In this document: one piece after another, positions 1 to 12,404 of the stretch
How positions within the stretch are numbered: the first letter of the stretch is position 1
Layout: each line of letters begins with the position of its first letter
Assembly (NCBI RefSeq): GCF_001194135.2
Contig: NC_068981.1
Location: 133,729,908 to 133,781,220, forward strand
Reading direction: 5' to 3'
DNA from: Octopus bimaculoides
Lineage: Eukaryota
Length of the DNA: 51,313 bases
Notes under the pieces: model-generated
What the model was told of the DNA's origin: nothing
The model's database searches: none
The model's input: the letters and a program-made list of their open reading frames with translations, nothing else
Made by a program: the position numbers and the translations under genes

Positions 1-607
1 TATGAAGCAGCGTAAGGAATGGCTTAGCCCCAGTAAACAAGCGACACCGTGCGTGAAACAAGATCTCCATCCACGTAAAACGATGTTGTGTGTATGATGG
101 GACTGAGAAGGCATTATCCATTACGAATTGCTAGAACGGAACCAAATGGTCAACGCGGAACTCTATGTTCAACAGATGAAACGACTCAACACGGCCATTC
201 AAGAGAAAAGACCTAATCGGCAGCATGGAGTTCTTCTGCTGCACGACAATGCCCGCCCTCATATCGCCAATATGAGCGAGGAAGCCATTCAAACGTTTGG
301 CTGGGAAGTGCTGCCACACCCGCCGTACTCTACTGATTTGGTACCAACAGATTTCCACCTCTTTCGATCTCTTTCAAATGCTATGCGCGATGTTTCGTTC
401 AATACTGATGCAGAATTGAGATCTTGGTTGGATCAATTTTTCGAGTCGAAATCGGGTGATTTCTACCAACGAGGTATTGAAAATCTTGATGAAAGTTGTA
501 AACAACAAGGATGAATATATTATTGATTAATTAGTTGTTATTTTTTATTAAACCTTTTAAAAAATTTAAATTTAAAAAAACGGCGGAACTTAGTTCCCAA
601 CCCAATA
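1..607 (+). mobile_element. Mariner (Tc1/mariner DD34D) transposon, 3' part, pseudogenised
   Basis: Frame from nt 2 reads ...KTMLCV*WD*EGIIHYELL...LLHDNARPH...HPPYSTDLVPTDFHLF, i.e. the mariner WWD, HDNARPH and YSPDLAPSD motifs with two TGA stops. A deletion near 498 shifts the C-terminus VNNKG*YIID*. The right TIR is followed by TA. Confidence 0.95.
577..607 (-). repeat. Mariner terminal inverted repeat plus TA target site
   Basis: Reverse complement reads TA-TTGGGTTGGGAACTAAGTTCCGCCGTTTT, a typical mariner TIR start (TTRGGTTGG). TA is at 606-607. Confidence 0.85.
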
Positions 608-1569
608 TATATGTATGTATGAGTGTGTGTATATATGTGTATGTATATATATATTATTATTGTTGTTTTTCTACCAGTAATTACAAATAGAACAGGTTGA
701 ATTGCTTCTTTTCAAGGCGGCGCTCTCAGTGACCACNNNNNNNNNNNNNNNNNNNNNNNNNNNNNNNNNNNNNNNNNNNNNNNNNNNNNNNNNNNNNNNN
801 NNNNNNNNNNNNNNNNNNNNNNNNNNNNNNNNNNNNNNNNNNNNNNNNNNNNNNNNNNNNNNNNNNNNNNNNNNNNNNNNNNNNNNNNNNNNNNNNNNNN
901 NNNNNNNNNNNNNNNNNNNNNNNNNNNNNNNNNNNNNNNNNNNNNNNNNNNNNNNNNNNNNNNNNNNNNNNNNNNNNNNNNNNNNNNNNNNNNNNNNNNN
1001 NNNNNNNNNNNNNNNNNNNNNNNNNNNNNNNNNNNNNNNNNNNNNNNNNNNNNNNNNNNNNNNNNNNNNNNNNNNNNNNNNNNNNNNNNNNNNNNNNNNN
1101 NNNNNNNNNNNNNNNNNNNNNNNNNNNNNNNNNNNNNNNNNNNNNNNNNNNNNNNNNNNNNNNNNNNNNNNNNNNNNNNNNNNNNNNNNNNNNNNNNNNN
1201 NNNNNNNNNNNNNNNNNNNNNNNNNNNNNNNNNNNNNNNNNNNNNNNNNNNNNNNNNNNNNNNNNNNNNNNNNNNNNNNNNNNNNNNNNNNNNNNNNNNN
1301 NNNNNNNNNNNNNNNNNNNNNNNNNNNNNNNNNNNNNNNNNNNNNNNNNNNNNNNNNNNNNNNNNCTGCTACTGTTGCTGTTGCTGCAACCACTGCTGCT
1401 ACTACACATAAAAAACAATAATATCAGTGATATCAGTGATGATAATAATAACAATAATGAAAGGAAACAGGTGGAGCCTCCTCATGGGCTGATTAATGAT
1501 ACATCTAGTGATGGTGTCACAATAAAAACACTGGTAATTGTGCAACCTGATAATCGCTACCTCATATGA

Positions 1570-1960
1570 GTGACAATGAAAAAACAAAATATTGTGAATA
1601 ATGGTGGTAATGAAACTGAAGTCAATGATGGTGACAGAGTTACATCCGGTAGGCTCGGAGATTCTGGTCTGGCTCCAATCTGTCGATATCCAGAAAGGGA
1701 CCACCACACGCGGTGTAGATGGGGGAGCCAAATTAATGCTATGGTCATGGAGTGTTACTACCTGGGCAGCCCAGTAGATGAAAATGGTACTCAAATTAGG
1801 GGTTACAGACAACGCATGTATGATCATTAGAGAGAAAAGGGATTGTTTCAACTCACGGAACAGAGATTATGTGATCAAGCTAGAGCTTGAAAAAATTGTC
1901 GGTTTACAGAAGTAAAGCTCGAAGCTATCAAAAGACGGGTCATAGAAAATAGCAGCTGAG
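1570..1960 (+). mobile_element. R4/Dong-clade non-LTR retrotransposon N-terminal domain relic
   Basis: In-frame RCRWGSQINAMVMECYY...RGYRQRMYDH*REKGLFQLTEQRLCDQARA*KN...KLEAIKRR matches the W..E.N..VM.CYY...GYR.RM...W..KG.F..TEQRL.DQ N-terminal block of R4/Dong ORFs. Two stops. Confidence 0.75.
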
Positions 1961-2279
1961 ATAACAATGAAAATACAGTTTTTACTAATAAGAGTAACCT
2001 CATAACACATGAAAGGAGCAGTGGTAGTTTACGTGATGAGAGACATATAGTTTATTTTATGTTATCTGTTATTGGTTATACTTTATTGTGTGGTGCGGTG
2101 TTTATTTTTCTCTTGTTTGTTAATGAATAGGCATGTTTTTATTTGCTTATTTGTTTGTTAATAGAGGTAAAAGTTTATTTTATGTTATTTGTTCAAGTTT
2201 TTATGGTATTGTGTTTGAAACGTTATTTTGGTCAACATAGGAGGGGTGTTTTAAAGATATGATTGTGGGTTTGAATGTG

Positions 2280-2480
2280 AAACCAAATAAAAACATAATC
2301 ACTATAAATGGTTTTTCCATATTTGAGTGATCAAGATGTGGTTATTGAAAGCTTAAAGATTCTTATATTTCAATGTGGAAACGATTCTCTAATTATATTT
2401 CCAATAATATATACTTCCACTGAAATAATCTAAAATCTTCAGTTAATTTTACAAATTCTTAATTTAACGATCAGTAGACT
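2280..2480 (-). pseudogene. Possible decayed GIY-YIG endonuclease C-terminus (Penelope-like)
   Basis: Minus frame DFRLFQWKYILLEI*LENRFHIEI*ESLSFQ*PHLDHSNMEKPF loosely resembles F.IL...N.F.L.IKESL.I....P.LN. Several stops. Confidence 0.3.
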
Positions 2481-3493
2481 ATCAACTTTGGATATAAAAA
2501 CCANNNNNNNNNNNNNNNNNNNNNNNNNNNNNNNNNNNNNNNNNNNNNNNNNNNNNNNNNNNNNNNNNNNNNNNNNNNNNNNNNNNNNNNNNNNNNNNNN
2601 NNNNNNNNNNNNNNNNNNNNNNNNNNNNNNNNNNNNNNNNNNNNNNNNNNNNNNNNNNNNNNNNNNNNNNNNNNNNNNNNNNNNNNNNNNNNNNNNNNNN
2701 NNNNNNNNNNNNNNNNNNNNNNNNNNNNNNNNNNNNNNNNNNNNNNNNNNNNNNNNNNNNNNNNNNNNNNNNNNNNNNNNNNNNNNNNNNNNNNNNNNNN
2801 NNNNNNNNNNNNNNNNNNNNNNNNNNNNNNNNNNNNNNNNNNNNNNNNNNNNNNNNNNNNNNNNNNNNNNNNNNNNNNNNNNNNNNNNNNNNNNNNNNNN
2901 NNNNNNNNNNNNNNNNNNNNNNNNNNNNNNNNNNNNNNNNNNNNNNNNNNNNNNNNNNNNNNNNNNNNNNNNNNNNNNNNNNNNNNNNNNNNNNNNNNNN
3001 NNNNNNNNNNNNNNNNNNNNNNNNNNNNNNNNNNNNNNNNNNNNNNNNNNNNNNNNNNNNNNNNNNNNNNNNNNNNNNNNNNNNNNNNNNNNNNNNNNNN
3101 NNNNNNNNNNNNNNNNNNNNNNNNNNNNNNNNNNNNNNNNNNNNNNNNNNNNNNNNNNNNNNNNNNNNNNNNNNNNNNNNNNNNNNNNNNNNNNNNNNNN
3201 NNNNNNNNNNNNNNNNNNNNNNNNNNNNNNNNNNNNNNNNNNNNNNNNNNNNNNNNNNNNNNNNNNNNNNNNNNNNNNNNNNNNNNNNNNNNNNNNNNNN
3301 NNNNNNNNNNNNNNNNNNNNNNNNNNNNNNNNNNNNNNNNNNNNNNNNNNNNNNNNNNNNNNNNNNNNNNNNNNNNNNNNNNNNNNNNNNNNNNNNNNNN
3401 NNNNNNNNNNNNNNNNNNNNNNNNNNNNNNNNNNNNNNNNNNNNNNNNNNNNNNNNNNNNNNNNNNNNNNNNNNNNNNNNNNNNNNNNNNNNN

Positions 3494-3528
<35 letters not shown>

Positions 3529-3730
3529 ATGTCTTATATAAGTGTTCATATTTATAAATATGTATTATATATATAAACGTATAATAAATATATATATATT
3601 ACATATATGAATTAGCCATATAAACATATACATGTCTGTGTGTATTGTATATGTAAATATGTATTTTAGGTACATATTATACATACATAAAACAAAACAT
3701 ACAAGTCTGCACACATACATACAAAAATAC

Positions 3731-3850
3731 CTTATTGTTGATGTTGAAATCTCAATGAAGGAGCCTTGGATCTAGGTTAGAAACCGGCTTTTTCTCTTTT
3801 GGCAAGAAATCTTGAAATAAAACGGAATAATGACATGCATACATATAAGA
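3731..3850 (+). mobile_element. Short interspersed repeat end with a hammerhead-like relic (PLE-type tail)
   Basis: CTCAATGAAGGAGCCT-TGGATCT-AGGTT-AGAAACCGG has a stem-II-like hairpin followed by GAAAC, but no intact CTGANGA. Embedded in TA/CA microsatellite. Confidence 0.35.
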
Positions 3851-5253
3851 GAAACTTTGAAGGGAGTTGAAGAATATATATGTTCAAAACTTTATGGCAA
3901 TAAATATTTAAGTGCTAAAATTTTTCTATAGATATATAAATACGATTGTTATTTCGTGTGCGTTTTACAATACCTTTCTCAGTGCATTAATTTGTTCAGA
4001 TATCGATAAATGTTACCAAATTCTAAGTATACGTACAATTACACAAGCACATACACTCGAACACATTCGTATTCATACAATTATATACACCATCGTCTCT
4101 ATATAGTTTTTTATTTGTTATAATGACTTCAATTTTCTGTGAGACATTCAAACATAATCCACGTGCATACAAGCATAAGTACATACATATATATGCATAC
4201 ATACATATATGCATACGTAAGATCATACATACTTGTGACTTTTGAGATTTATGGTATGTTTGCTTGTGTTACTGTACCTGTCTTTGTAGGTAATTATACT
4301 ACCACTCAAAAACACAGTGTTACGAACACAAAATACGCACACACTAATACATGTGCGATTTTATACATGCTTGTGCGCATTTGTGTGTATATATCTCTGT
4401 ATATTAGTGTAGTGTCTGTGAATATATTTATAGACTTGTACTTGTTTCCATATACACGTATATGCATGATTGATGCATGTAATTTTATTTTAGGTATTCT
4501 GCATTGATAAATGCAATTTTTATGCACTGCATTTCGCATTTCTACTGTATAATCTGTGTGTGCCTAGTTTATGAGTTTACTGAAGTAATGACAGAGAATA
4601 AATATCGGTTTTCTCAGGATTCTTAGCCTTTATTTTGATACCACTCTAACCAAATTACAGGTTAGGAAAACACTGCGGAAAAGCAATCTTATTTGGCTAT
4701 TTAATAAACTGTTGGAATGTATTTGATTTATCTGGGATTCTTGAATATGAACGAGTAACACCATATTTACAGATTTGTTCTTGATTTATTCTAGAAGTCA
4801 AAGAAATCAATGCTGAAGACAATCATCTTACGGTGAAATATCGATAGATATCAAAGCATATAATGCTACTCTGAAAGAAGGTAGGAAGCTGTTACCACAA
4901 CTAGAATGGCTGTTTTTATTAAGCGTTGTGTTCAATGCGTTCCTTGGAAGGAAACTCCCACTGGATACTCTAGCATTATTTTCTCCTTTATCTGGAAAAT
5001 CTTCTGTAGTTTGGTAGCGAAATAAATGGCCAATGTAAAATAGTTTCACGTGCGTGTTGAAAAGAAGAAAGACAGAGAGGAGGTAAGTGAGAATAAAGTA
5101 AACGAGAGAAAGAGAAATACGAAAAGGAAGATATAAATGAAAATAGGAAATGTTCATATAATTTTCCTCTTCGAAAATCATCGCTCCGCCTTTTGCCTCA
5201 AAAGCGTTTAGTCGACAAATTTATGTTCTCATATTCTTTCTACTTCTCCCTCT

Positions 5254-5313
5254 TACTCTCCTCATACTCTCACTTTCTCCTTCTTCGCCTCATACTCTCA
5301 CTTTCTCCTTCTT
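5254..5313. repeat. Local ~28-bp tandem duplication in a CT-rich tract
   Basis: CCTCATACTCTCACTTTCTCCTTCTT occurs twice in tandem. Confidence 0.8.
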
Positions 5314-6399
5314 TTATATCTCCTTTCTCTTTGCATTGTACCCCGTCGCCTTTGTTCTCCTCTCTTTAATCCCGATGTCCACAACCGTTTTCAGGTAACT
5401 ATTTCATGTTCGTAACCAATCAAAGAAATAACTTTCAAATGAATAGTTGACAAGGTCATTTGAGCATCAGAGAAATTTGAAAGAGGAATGACGCTCGTAA
5501 TTGGATAGAAGGTACATGCCGTTTACGTGACCTCGGAAAAATATAGGCTTGCCAATTGTTTAATGAAAGAGAACGACACGGTGAAATCTTAAACTTGGCT
5601 TTTATATTTCGCGAAAAGAAACTGGATAACTCGCAAAAGAAAATATATAAACAATAGCATTTGGTTATAAAATCCACAAAGTTTAGATTTCGACTCTTTA
5701 TCTATGGAATTCATCAAGTAAATTAGAAACAAACAAGCAGAAATCTTTATTGTTATGATTCATGTAAAATAGTCAGTGAAGAATTTTAATACATTCTTTT
5801 GATAGAGTTAATAAGTGCCATGTAGAGAAATCATTGAAATGTCTCCTTCGGAAACACTTTTTAGTTTTAAATATTTAACGAGTTAGAATTTGAGACTAAG
5901 CTTAGCTGGCTTTTCGCACACTAAAGACTCTGATTTTGATTTTAATAGTATTCGTATTAACGGATATGTGTTGCATAAACGGTAGAGAGGTGGATTAAAG
6001 GCTTTGCGATATATAATTACGTCTCTTTGAGTTCTTCAAATCTCGCCACGGTATTCTTTCCTCTCATCCTTCAGGGGCAGACAAACAGACATCTGTAATA
6101 CACTGGAGTTGAATTAATCCACAATGCCCTGTTCCTAAACCACTTGACCTTGTATCAATATTATTCATGTCATAAAATAAATTTAATTTGAATTATTTTT
6201 TATTCAAACAATACAAAAATAATTTTTATTAAATGTAACTCAAACTATAAAGGAAACATTACATAAATTTACATAATGTTGATTGTTTTAAAAGGTTTAA
6301 AAACTGTGATTAAGGGAAGGGCTTAATTGTATATTTTGTTTACGTTTTTGAATTTTTGGGCTTCATTTTCTTTATCATTTTTTCTTTCAAATATTGATT

Positions 6400-6609
6400 T
6401 CAAATTTTGGTACAGGGCCTGCCAGTTCGGGGGATAACACAAGTCAATTACATCGGGCCCAATGTTCAACTTGTATTTATTTGATCGACCCCGAAAGGAT
6501 GAAAGGCAAAGTCAACCTCGGCGGAATTTGAACACAGAACATGAAGAAGGACGAAATGCCGCTATGCATTTTGCCCGGCATGCTACCGATTCTGCCAGCT
6601 CACCACTTT
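6400..6609 (-). mobile_element. SINE family A (tRNA-derived head AAGGCGGCGAGCTGGCAGAA..., core GAGGTCGACTTTGCCTTTCATCCTTTCGGGGTCGATAAA)
   Basis: Reverse complement aligns with the other family A copies in the window. Confidence 0.9.
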
Positions 6610-7041
6610 AAATGACATGCCACTAGGCATTTTTGTCCGATGCCATAATGGTTCAGCCAGCTAACCGACTCCCTTTTGCAGATATTAAAGTAATAGTGTT
6701 AATATAACATATGCGGCAACTGAAATTTAAATTACAAAACCTCGACCTAACTATATCATGAAATTAATACCTCAAAGTTAGAAATTTGTGTGGAAAGGCG
6801 TTAATCGATTAAATCAACCCAGAGCAACCTATAAGGATTTGAATACAAGTGTCGAATTAAAAAAGTTACGGCGATTATGAAACATGTTTGTAATTCCATT
6901 GTTAATTGATACAAAACATTTACAAATTATCTATAGACGGAGACAAATGCTGGTTAAAAAAATAATAACACTTGTACCAGTAATTATGCTTAGCGCATTC
7001 TTACACGGCATTTATTAACCTTCAATATTTCTGCTTACGTT

Positions 7042-7260
7042 AAGGCAGCGAGCTGGCAGACACGTTAGCACGTCGGGCGAAATGCTTGGTGATATTTCGG
7101 CTGTTTTCACGTTTTGAGTTCAAATTCTGCCGAGGTCGACTTTGCCGTTTATCCTTTCGGGGTCGATAAATAAAGTACCAGCTGCGTTCTGGGGTCAATC
7201 TAATCGACTGGGCCCCCTCCCCCCAAAATTTCGGGCCTTGTGCCTAGAATAGAAAAGAAT
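7042..7260 (+). mobile_element. SINE family A, full length
   Basis: A-box-like GAGCTGGCAGA, B-box-like GAGTTCAAATT, the shared core and a GTAGAAAAGAAT-type tail. Decayed TSD AATATTTCT(G/A)CTT on both sides. Confidence 0.92.
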
Positions 7261-7350
7261 ATTTCTACTTGCTTTCTAGGATGTACCTAATCGTTTTGTT
7301 TTTTTTTTCTTTTAGTAAAACGGAAATAAAATGATGGAATCTTAGCCATG

Positions 7351-7585
7351 AATAATAAAGATGATAATCCTTTCTATTATAGGAAAAAGGCTTGAAATTT
7401 TGTGGGGAGGGTATAGTCGATTACATCGACCCCAGTGCTCAACTGGTGCATATCTCTCATCGATTCCGAAAGGATGAAAGGCAAAGTCAGCCTCAGCGAA
7501 ATTTGAACACAGAACGAAGAGACGGGCGAAACGCCGCTAAGCATTTTGTCCGGCACGCTAACGATTTTGCCAGCTCACCACCTTA
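7351..7585 (-). mobile_element. SINE family A, full length; inverted relative to 7042-7260
   Basis: Reverse-complement match to the family consensus seen in this window. Confidence 0.9.
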
Positions 7586-7596
7586 ACTACGATGAC

Positions 7597-7880
7597 AATA
7601 ATAAAGATTTTAGATTTTGCACAGGGTCAACAGTTTTTGAGGGGAGGGTAAGCCCCAGTATTTGACTGCTAATTTACCGCCTTAAACATTATAATAATAA
7701 TTAGCATTTTTAACATAGGCGCCAGTCCACAAATAGCTTAGTAAATAGGCATAGTCGATAAAATTGACCCAGCACTTAACTAACCAAGGTAGAATTTGAA
7801 CTCAGATCACAAAGAACCAGAACAAATACTGTATAGCATTCGATTCGATGTTCTTAGAATTCAGCCAATCCACCACTCTG
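7597..7880 (-). mobile_element. Degenerate or internally deleted SINE family A fragments
   Basis: Tail (GCACAGGGTCAACAGTTTT...GAGGGGAGG), GAATTTGAACTCAG and head remnants. Confidence 0.55.
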
Positions 7881-8139
7881 GTTTTGCAGTCATTATGATA
7901 GGTTATTTGTCCTAGGAATGAGAGCAAATAACCTATCCTCATAAGGAACGAACATTTTCTGGTATATTTTACCCATTATTCTCTTATGTAGATCTGAAAC
8001 AGCTGACAAAAACTATTTGGAATCAAATCAGCAATGTTTACATATACTAACTGGAGAACCAACTAAACCCTGCATGCAGATCCAAGCGTGACATAAAAAT
8101 ACGCTTGAGATTAGACAAGTATATTGAAGCTATTCTGGA

Positions 8140-8410
8140 GCGGTGAGTTGGCAGAATCGTTAGAGGTCGAGCGTGGAGGCGCGTGAATTTGCGGTTAGTA
8201 TGTGGAACTCATCGATCTTAAGACTGTGGTTTCAATTCTTGCGTAGCTTTCTTGGGAAAACACTTCATTTCACATCGCTTCAGCTCACTCAGCTGGCAAA
8301 AGGGGAGTAATCTTGCGACAGACCGGCGTTCCATCAAGGTGGAGAATATTATACGCCATGGAAACCGGGAAACCAGCCCTATGGGTCTATATGACTCGGA
8401 AAGGATTTTT
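8140..8410 (+). mobile_element. Old composite SINE (family A head fragment plus tail with TACGCCATGGAAACCGGGAAAC)
   Basis: Tail motif shared with 31222-31520 and, on the minus strand, 33355-33380. Confidence 0.55.
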
Positions 8411-9016
8411 AGAAGTCAAATAGAATGACCCACAGTATTTGTTCTGACTCTCAATCCTATGATTTCATATCCCATCTAAGCCAACTTTGCCTCTAGTCCT
8501 ACTGGGGTCGATAAACGCGCACCAATCCAAAGTGATGGGTTTTCATAACTGCAAAAATATCGGACCGGAGGCGTTGAGGTGTTTGCTCCGGATCTTTGCA
8601 TTCTGAGTTCAAAACCTACCATGTACTACTGGTAGACTTAATCTGTCATCCGGCTTAACGCCACTCCCCTGTCACCATGGGGATTTTGAGCGACGGAGTT
8701 CAATCTGCTGCAAGCATACTTGTCATGTCTCCGCTTTAAGAATACTTTCCTCTCTCTATCTCTCCCACAAGTCTTGGGGCTCCTGTAACTGCAGTGGCAT
8801 AGCTAGAGTGTGAGCTGTCCGGGACAGCCCTTGAGTTTACCGCCTCCTATACAGGTATACACAGTAGGCCCAAAAGTGCCGTTGTATAAAAGCGCCTCCA
8901 TCCCCCTTCCTTGTACATCCCTGTGTGACTGGTTCATGGTATTGCCTTCTTCTCTTGGCTGAAACATAAAACAAAAGAAGAAACAAAAACTGAAACTCAA
9001 ATAAAGTGAGATGAAG

Positions 9017-9346
9017 GGTAAAGACCCCCTTCGGTCAAGAATAACCATGGGTAGAAAGTTCCACTCCGAGGTACAAGTCCGGGCGAGGTTGTTTGTGGAA
9101 GACCAGCAGTCGCCCATGCATACCAGCCTCCCCTCTCCACGCCACCGATGTTGTCCAAGGGAAAGGTAAAGGTTGACACAGCTTGGCATTAGTGATGTCG
9201 CAACTCATTTCTACGGCTGAATGAACTGGAGCAACGTGATATAAGCGTCTTGCTCAAGGACACACCACAAGCCCGGTCCGGGAATCAGACTCACAACCTC
9301 ACGATTGTAAGCCCGACGATCTAACCACTGAGCCAGGCGCCTTCAC
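9017..9346 (-). mobile_element. SINE family C: tRNA head, TGTGTCCTTGAGCAAGAC central domain and LINE-like tail
   Basis: Minus strand GGCGCCTGGCTCAGTGGTTAGA (A box) ... GAGTCTGATTCCC (decayed B box). A partial copy lies at ~50850-50940. Confidence 0.85.
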
Positions 9347-10076
9347 TAGTGAGATACAGACACTAAAATTTGTCAATGATAATAGAACCACGAAGACAAA
9401 TAATAAGGAGTACATTAAACAAAGATATAACAAAGATAGAAAAAAATAAAATTATATAAAGAAAAGCGAGACAGAAAATTTGAATTATTATTACAGACTA
9501 AACTAAATGCTAGAATAGCGTAAGTAAAAATGCATTAACTAACTGTCACAAAGTATAGATAGCTTCAATGTAATAAACTGGAAATTAAGTGAATTGAGAA
9601 GGCTAGAAAATTCAGAACTCACTCAACCTAAAAGTGTCAATAGATACGATATGTTTGTTATGCGATCGAAATGGAAGGGTCCTGATACAGATAGAAAATT
9701 ATTATAAAGTAACTGTAGCGCGTTTTGGAGAACTAATTGGAAGCGATAAAACATTTGGTACCGAAGTCACGTTGAAGATATAGCATGACGAGAAGTGTAT
9801 GAAGTTGAAACGGTGTAGGTCACTTGAAGGTCAAACACGAAGCAAATCCTCCCAAGAGTCAAACTACAAATGATCGATTACTGCTCCGGCTGAAAATTCT
9901 TTCTAAGCAAAAAATCATTAGGTCAAGATGCCTATTTGTTAGAAGAGATTACGAAGAAAACAAAGGTTTAGTGGCTAGCTGCAAATGAGGCGGTTACAGA
10001 ACTTTCGAAGAAAAGTGTGCAAGATCTGTAAAAGGAAGGAATTAATAAAACAACGTGTAGGTGTGAAGTGAATACC

Positions 10077-10156
10077 TGTTTGCCTACATGGCATGTTTGC
10101 CTACATGGCATGTTTGCCTACATGGCATGCTTGCCTGCATGTTTACCTACATGGTA
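10077..10156. repeat. 17-bp minisatellite (TGTTTGCCTACATGGCA), 3 perfect and 2 degenerate units
   Basis: Period 17 read directly at 10077, 10094 and 10111. Confidence 0.95.
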
Positions 10157-10443
10157 TGTCAGATCTGCATGACTGCCCAGTTTGAATGGTGCAGGTGTTC
10201 CAGAGACGAAGGACTTAAGATCGAATGTCGATGGTTAAATACAAGTCGGTCGATTCAGTAAGCGGGGACCCACCCCGGTGAGTAGGGTCCGGTGTGCAGA
10301 GCTTTCGACTGGAAGGGCTTGCATAAGTAAGGTATTTGCAAGTTTTTAATTGTTCGTGGGGGACACAAATCACTTCTTTGTATAAACAGAGGACAATATC
10401 AATATGAGTGTTTGTCTGTGTGTGAGCGTAAATAATTTTTTAC

Positions 10444-10656
10444 AAGGCGGCGAGCTGGCAGAAACGTTAGCACGCCGAGTGAAATGCTTAGCGGTATTTC
10501 GTCTGCCGTTGCGTTCTGAGTTCAAATTCCGCCGAGGTCGACTTTGCCTTTCATCCTTTCGGGGTCGATAAATTAAGTACCAGTTGCGTACTGGGTAGAT
10601 CAAATCGACTAGCACCCTCCCTAAAAATTTCAGGCCTTGTGCCTATAGTAGAAAAA
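10444..10656 (+). mobile_element. SINE family A, full length, young-looking
   Basis: Near-consensus head, core and tail. Confidence 0.95.
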
Positions 10657-11936
10657 TAAATAATGCTTTACTCTGTGTGCGTGTGTGCACGCGTGTGTGC
10701 ACGCACGCGTGTATGTGTGTGTGAATATGTATGTTCTTATATGCATGTTTCAGTGCACAAGTGTAAAGAACAATTCGGGTACAAATGAGATGCTAGATAC
10801 ATCGAGGATGAGGTTTGGGATCTAGACTTTAGATTATAACAATGTAAAAATCAGTGAGATGATAAAAGAAAACCAGAAGAGTTAAATTAAAACAGAACTC
10901 ATAAATTATGCTCAAGAAAAACTAGAGAGGTTATATTTACAATGACTTTTTTTCCTATTCAACTGGACATTTAAGAGTTGAACCAAGATGCAAACCAAAC
11001 AATTCCTCAAAAGTTTTAAACTAAAGACAGAAATTTTAGCCGCTTAAGATTAGTGTCGAATCAAGAAACTCTATCAAAGCGAATGTTTATGTGCGTAAAC
11101 AAGCAAGACCAATAATAACTCTCCTCATTTCTGGCTTAAAGATTTGTTGAAAAATAAAACTTATCCCTGATTGAGTAGATAGCTTTTATTGTTGTTTAGA
11201 CTCAAGGCAACCCTGATCGATCAGACCTATGAGAAATGGCAATCCATCTGTGAACATCGTATGTGTGTTTGTTTTTTTCTTTGTCTAGTGTAATCCAAAC
11301 TGATATTCCGTGTGCCCTTCCTTTTGAAGACAGTTGGGTATGGTTTGAGAAAGATTTTGCTGGTATTTCTAGCAAACTGAGTGACTACGTAGAGACTGCC
11401 TCGTTGGTTTATGTAAATAGTTATGCATATTTCAATTGGACAGTCTACAGGCACTTTCACATCAAAACAAAAAGAATAAATAATGTTAATGCTAAACAAA
11501 TCCGATATGTACAGCAACAATACAGCTACGATTCTTTGAAACATGCCTGTCCAGACTGACAAGGAAATCGAAGCGAACGTCAGAGACATTATTATGAAAG
11601 AAAGGAAAGCTTTTAGATTTTGATAGACATCTCAATCCTTTCTAATCAAAAATTCCTCAAAAAGGAAGTTGCGAAGCTATCAAACACAAGGGCTCCAAGA
11701 TGGGAGTGGGGAGCAGGATGAGAAGATGAAAGTAAAAATCGCACAAATAATAATTGGTCTACTGGGTAAGCCAAAAAGGTGTAAACGAAAACATAATACT
11801 AGAGATCATAACTTTATATACAATCATAAATATAAGCTTATACGTAAGACACTTTCAGTTCAGGTCCTTCAAAATATGCATTCTGCATGTTACCTTTCAG
11901 TAGAATAAAGCGCTTCGGACATCACATACTCTATAT

Positions 11937-11990
11937 CAATGCTTCCCAAAGTGGGCGGTGCCGCCCCCTGATGGGTGAAGGCAGTGGAAA
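11937..11990 (+). mobile_element. hAT/Charlie-type MITE left terminus
   Basis: CAATGCTTCCCAAAGTGGGCGGTGCCGCCCCC resembles CAGTGGTTCCCAAA-type hAT termini. No intact right end was found. Confidence 0.45.
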
Positions 11991-12084
11991 AATCTATATG
12001 AGTACTAAGGGAAAGGTAGGCAGTAAAGAGTAATAGTTGCATCTGTACAGTTTTGGGAGGCTTTTTAGCCTTAGTCTCCTCGTT

Positions 12085-12225
12085 TCAAATTTTGGCACAA
12101 GGCCAGTAAGCTCGGGGGAGAGCTCTAAGTCGATTACATCGACCCCAGTGCTTAACTGGTATTTATTTTATCGACTCCGAAATGATGAAAGGCAAAAGTC
12201 AACGATTCTGCCAGCTTGCCACAGC
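12085..12225 (-). mobile_element. SINE family A, internally deleted
   Basis: Tail and core join directly to the head (AAAAGTCAAC|GATTCTGCCAGC). Confidence 0.75.
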
Positions 12226-12404
12226 GGTATCTGAGTTCTGAACATAAGGAGCTGGAAGGGGGTCTTCACAAATTGTAAAGATTCCGCCAGCTTGCACATA
12301 TTTAAACTTGAAAAAGTTTAAATGTAATTCTGTGATAAACTATTTAACCACCATCTCAAATACGATGACAATCACAGAATCAACAACATGAAGTATAAAA
12401 ATGG

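Larger units (their letters stand above)
9420..11800 (+). mobile_element. Fragmented R4/Dong-clade LINE (RT thumb, CCHC region, restriction-like endonuclease), split by later insertions
   Basis: Collinear decayed motifs: LLQTKLNAR..SFNVINWK..PKS..R..GRVLIQIE (9480-9750); LK.FKLKTE.ILAA*D...CLC..T..LLISG (10990-11150); AYFNWTVYRHF..ATIL*NMPVQTDKEIEANVRDII..KMKVKIAQIIIGLLG (11420-11770). Confidence 0.7.

Noticed and set aside
2-127. In-frame TGA codons in mariner as possible selenocysteine or readthrough
   Set aside because: At least one falls at a conserved Trp (TGG to TGA), and a frameshifting deletion also occurs. Ordinary decay explains them.
671-3576. Long ORFs in the track spanning N runs (also at 27118-28013, 30241-31182, 31825-32748 and 46002-46487)
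   Set aside because: They are artefacts of assembly gaps and microsatellites.
5410-5690. CCAAT-like boxes and CpG-containing segment as a possible promoter
   Set aside because: No associated transcript or gene evidence; the motifs are short and common.
8640-9010. Minus-strand segment with an RRHDK motif and a GCTGTCC/GGACAGC palindrome
   Set aside because: It could be an RLE-LINE relic, but the surrounding CCHC motifs cannot be read.
10162-10305. HDV-like P1 pairing GATCTGC/GCAGAGC
   Set aside because: No compatible P3/L3, P1.1 or J4/2.
11289-11337. Candidate 49-nt exon (pyrimidine tract-AG ... GG|GTATGG; VIQTDIPCALPFEDSW)
   Set aside because: No recognisable homology, and it lies within an insertion inside a TE relic. 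It would need RNA-seq support.
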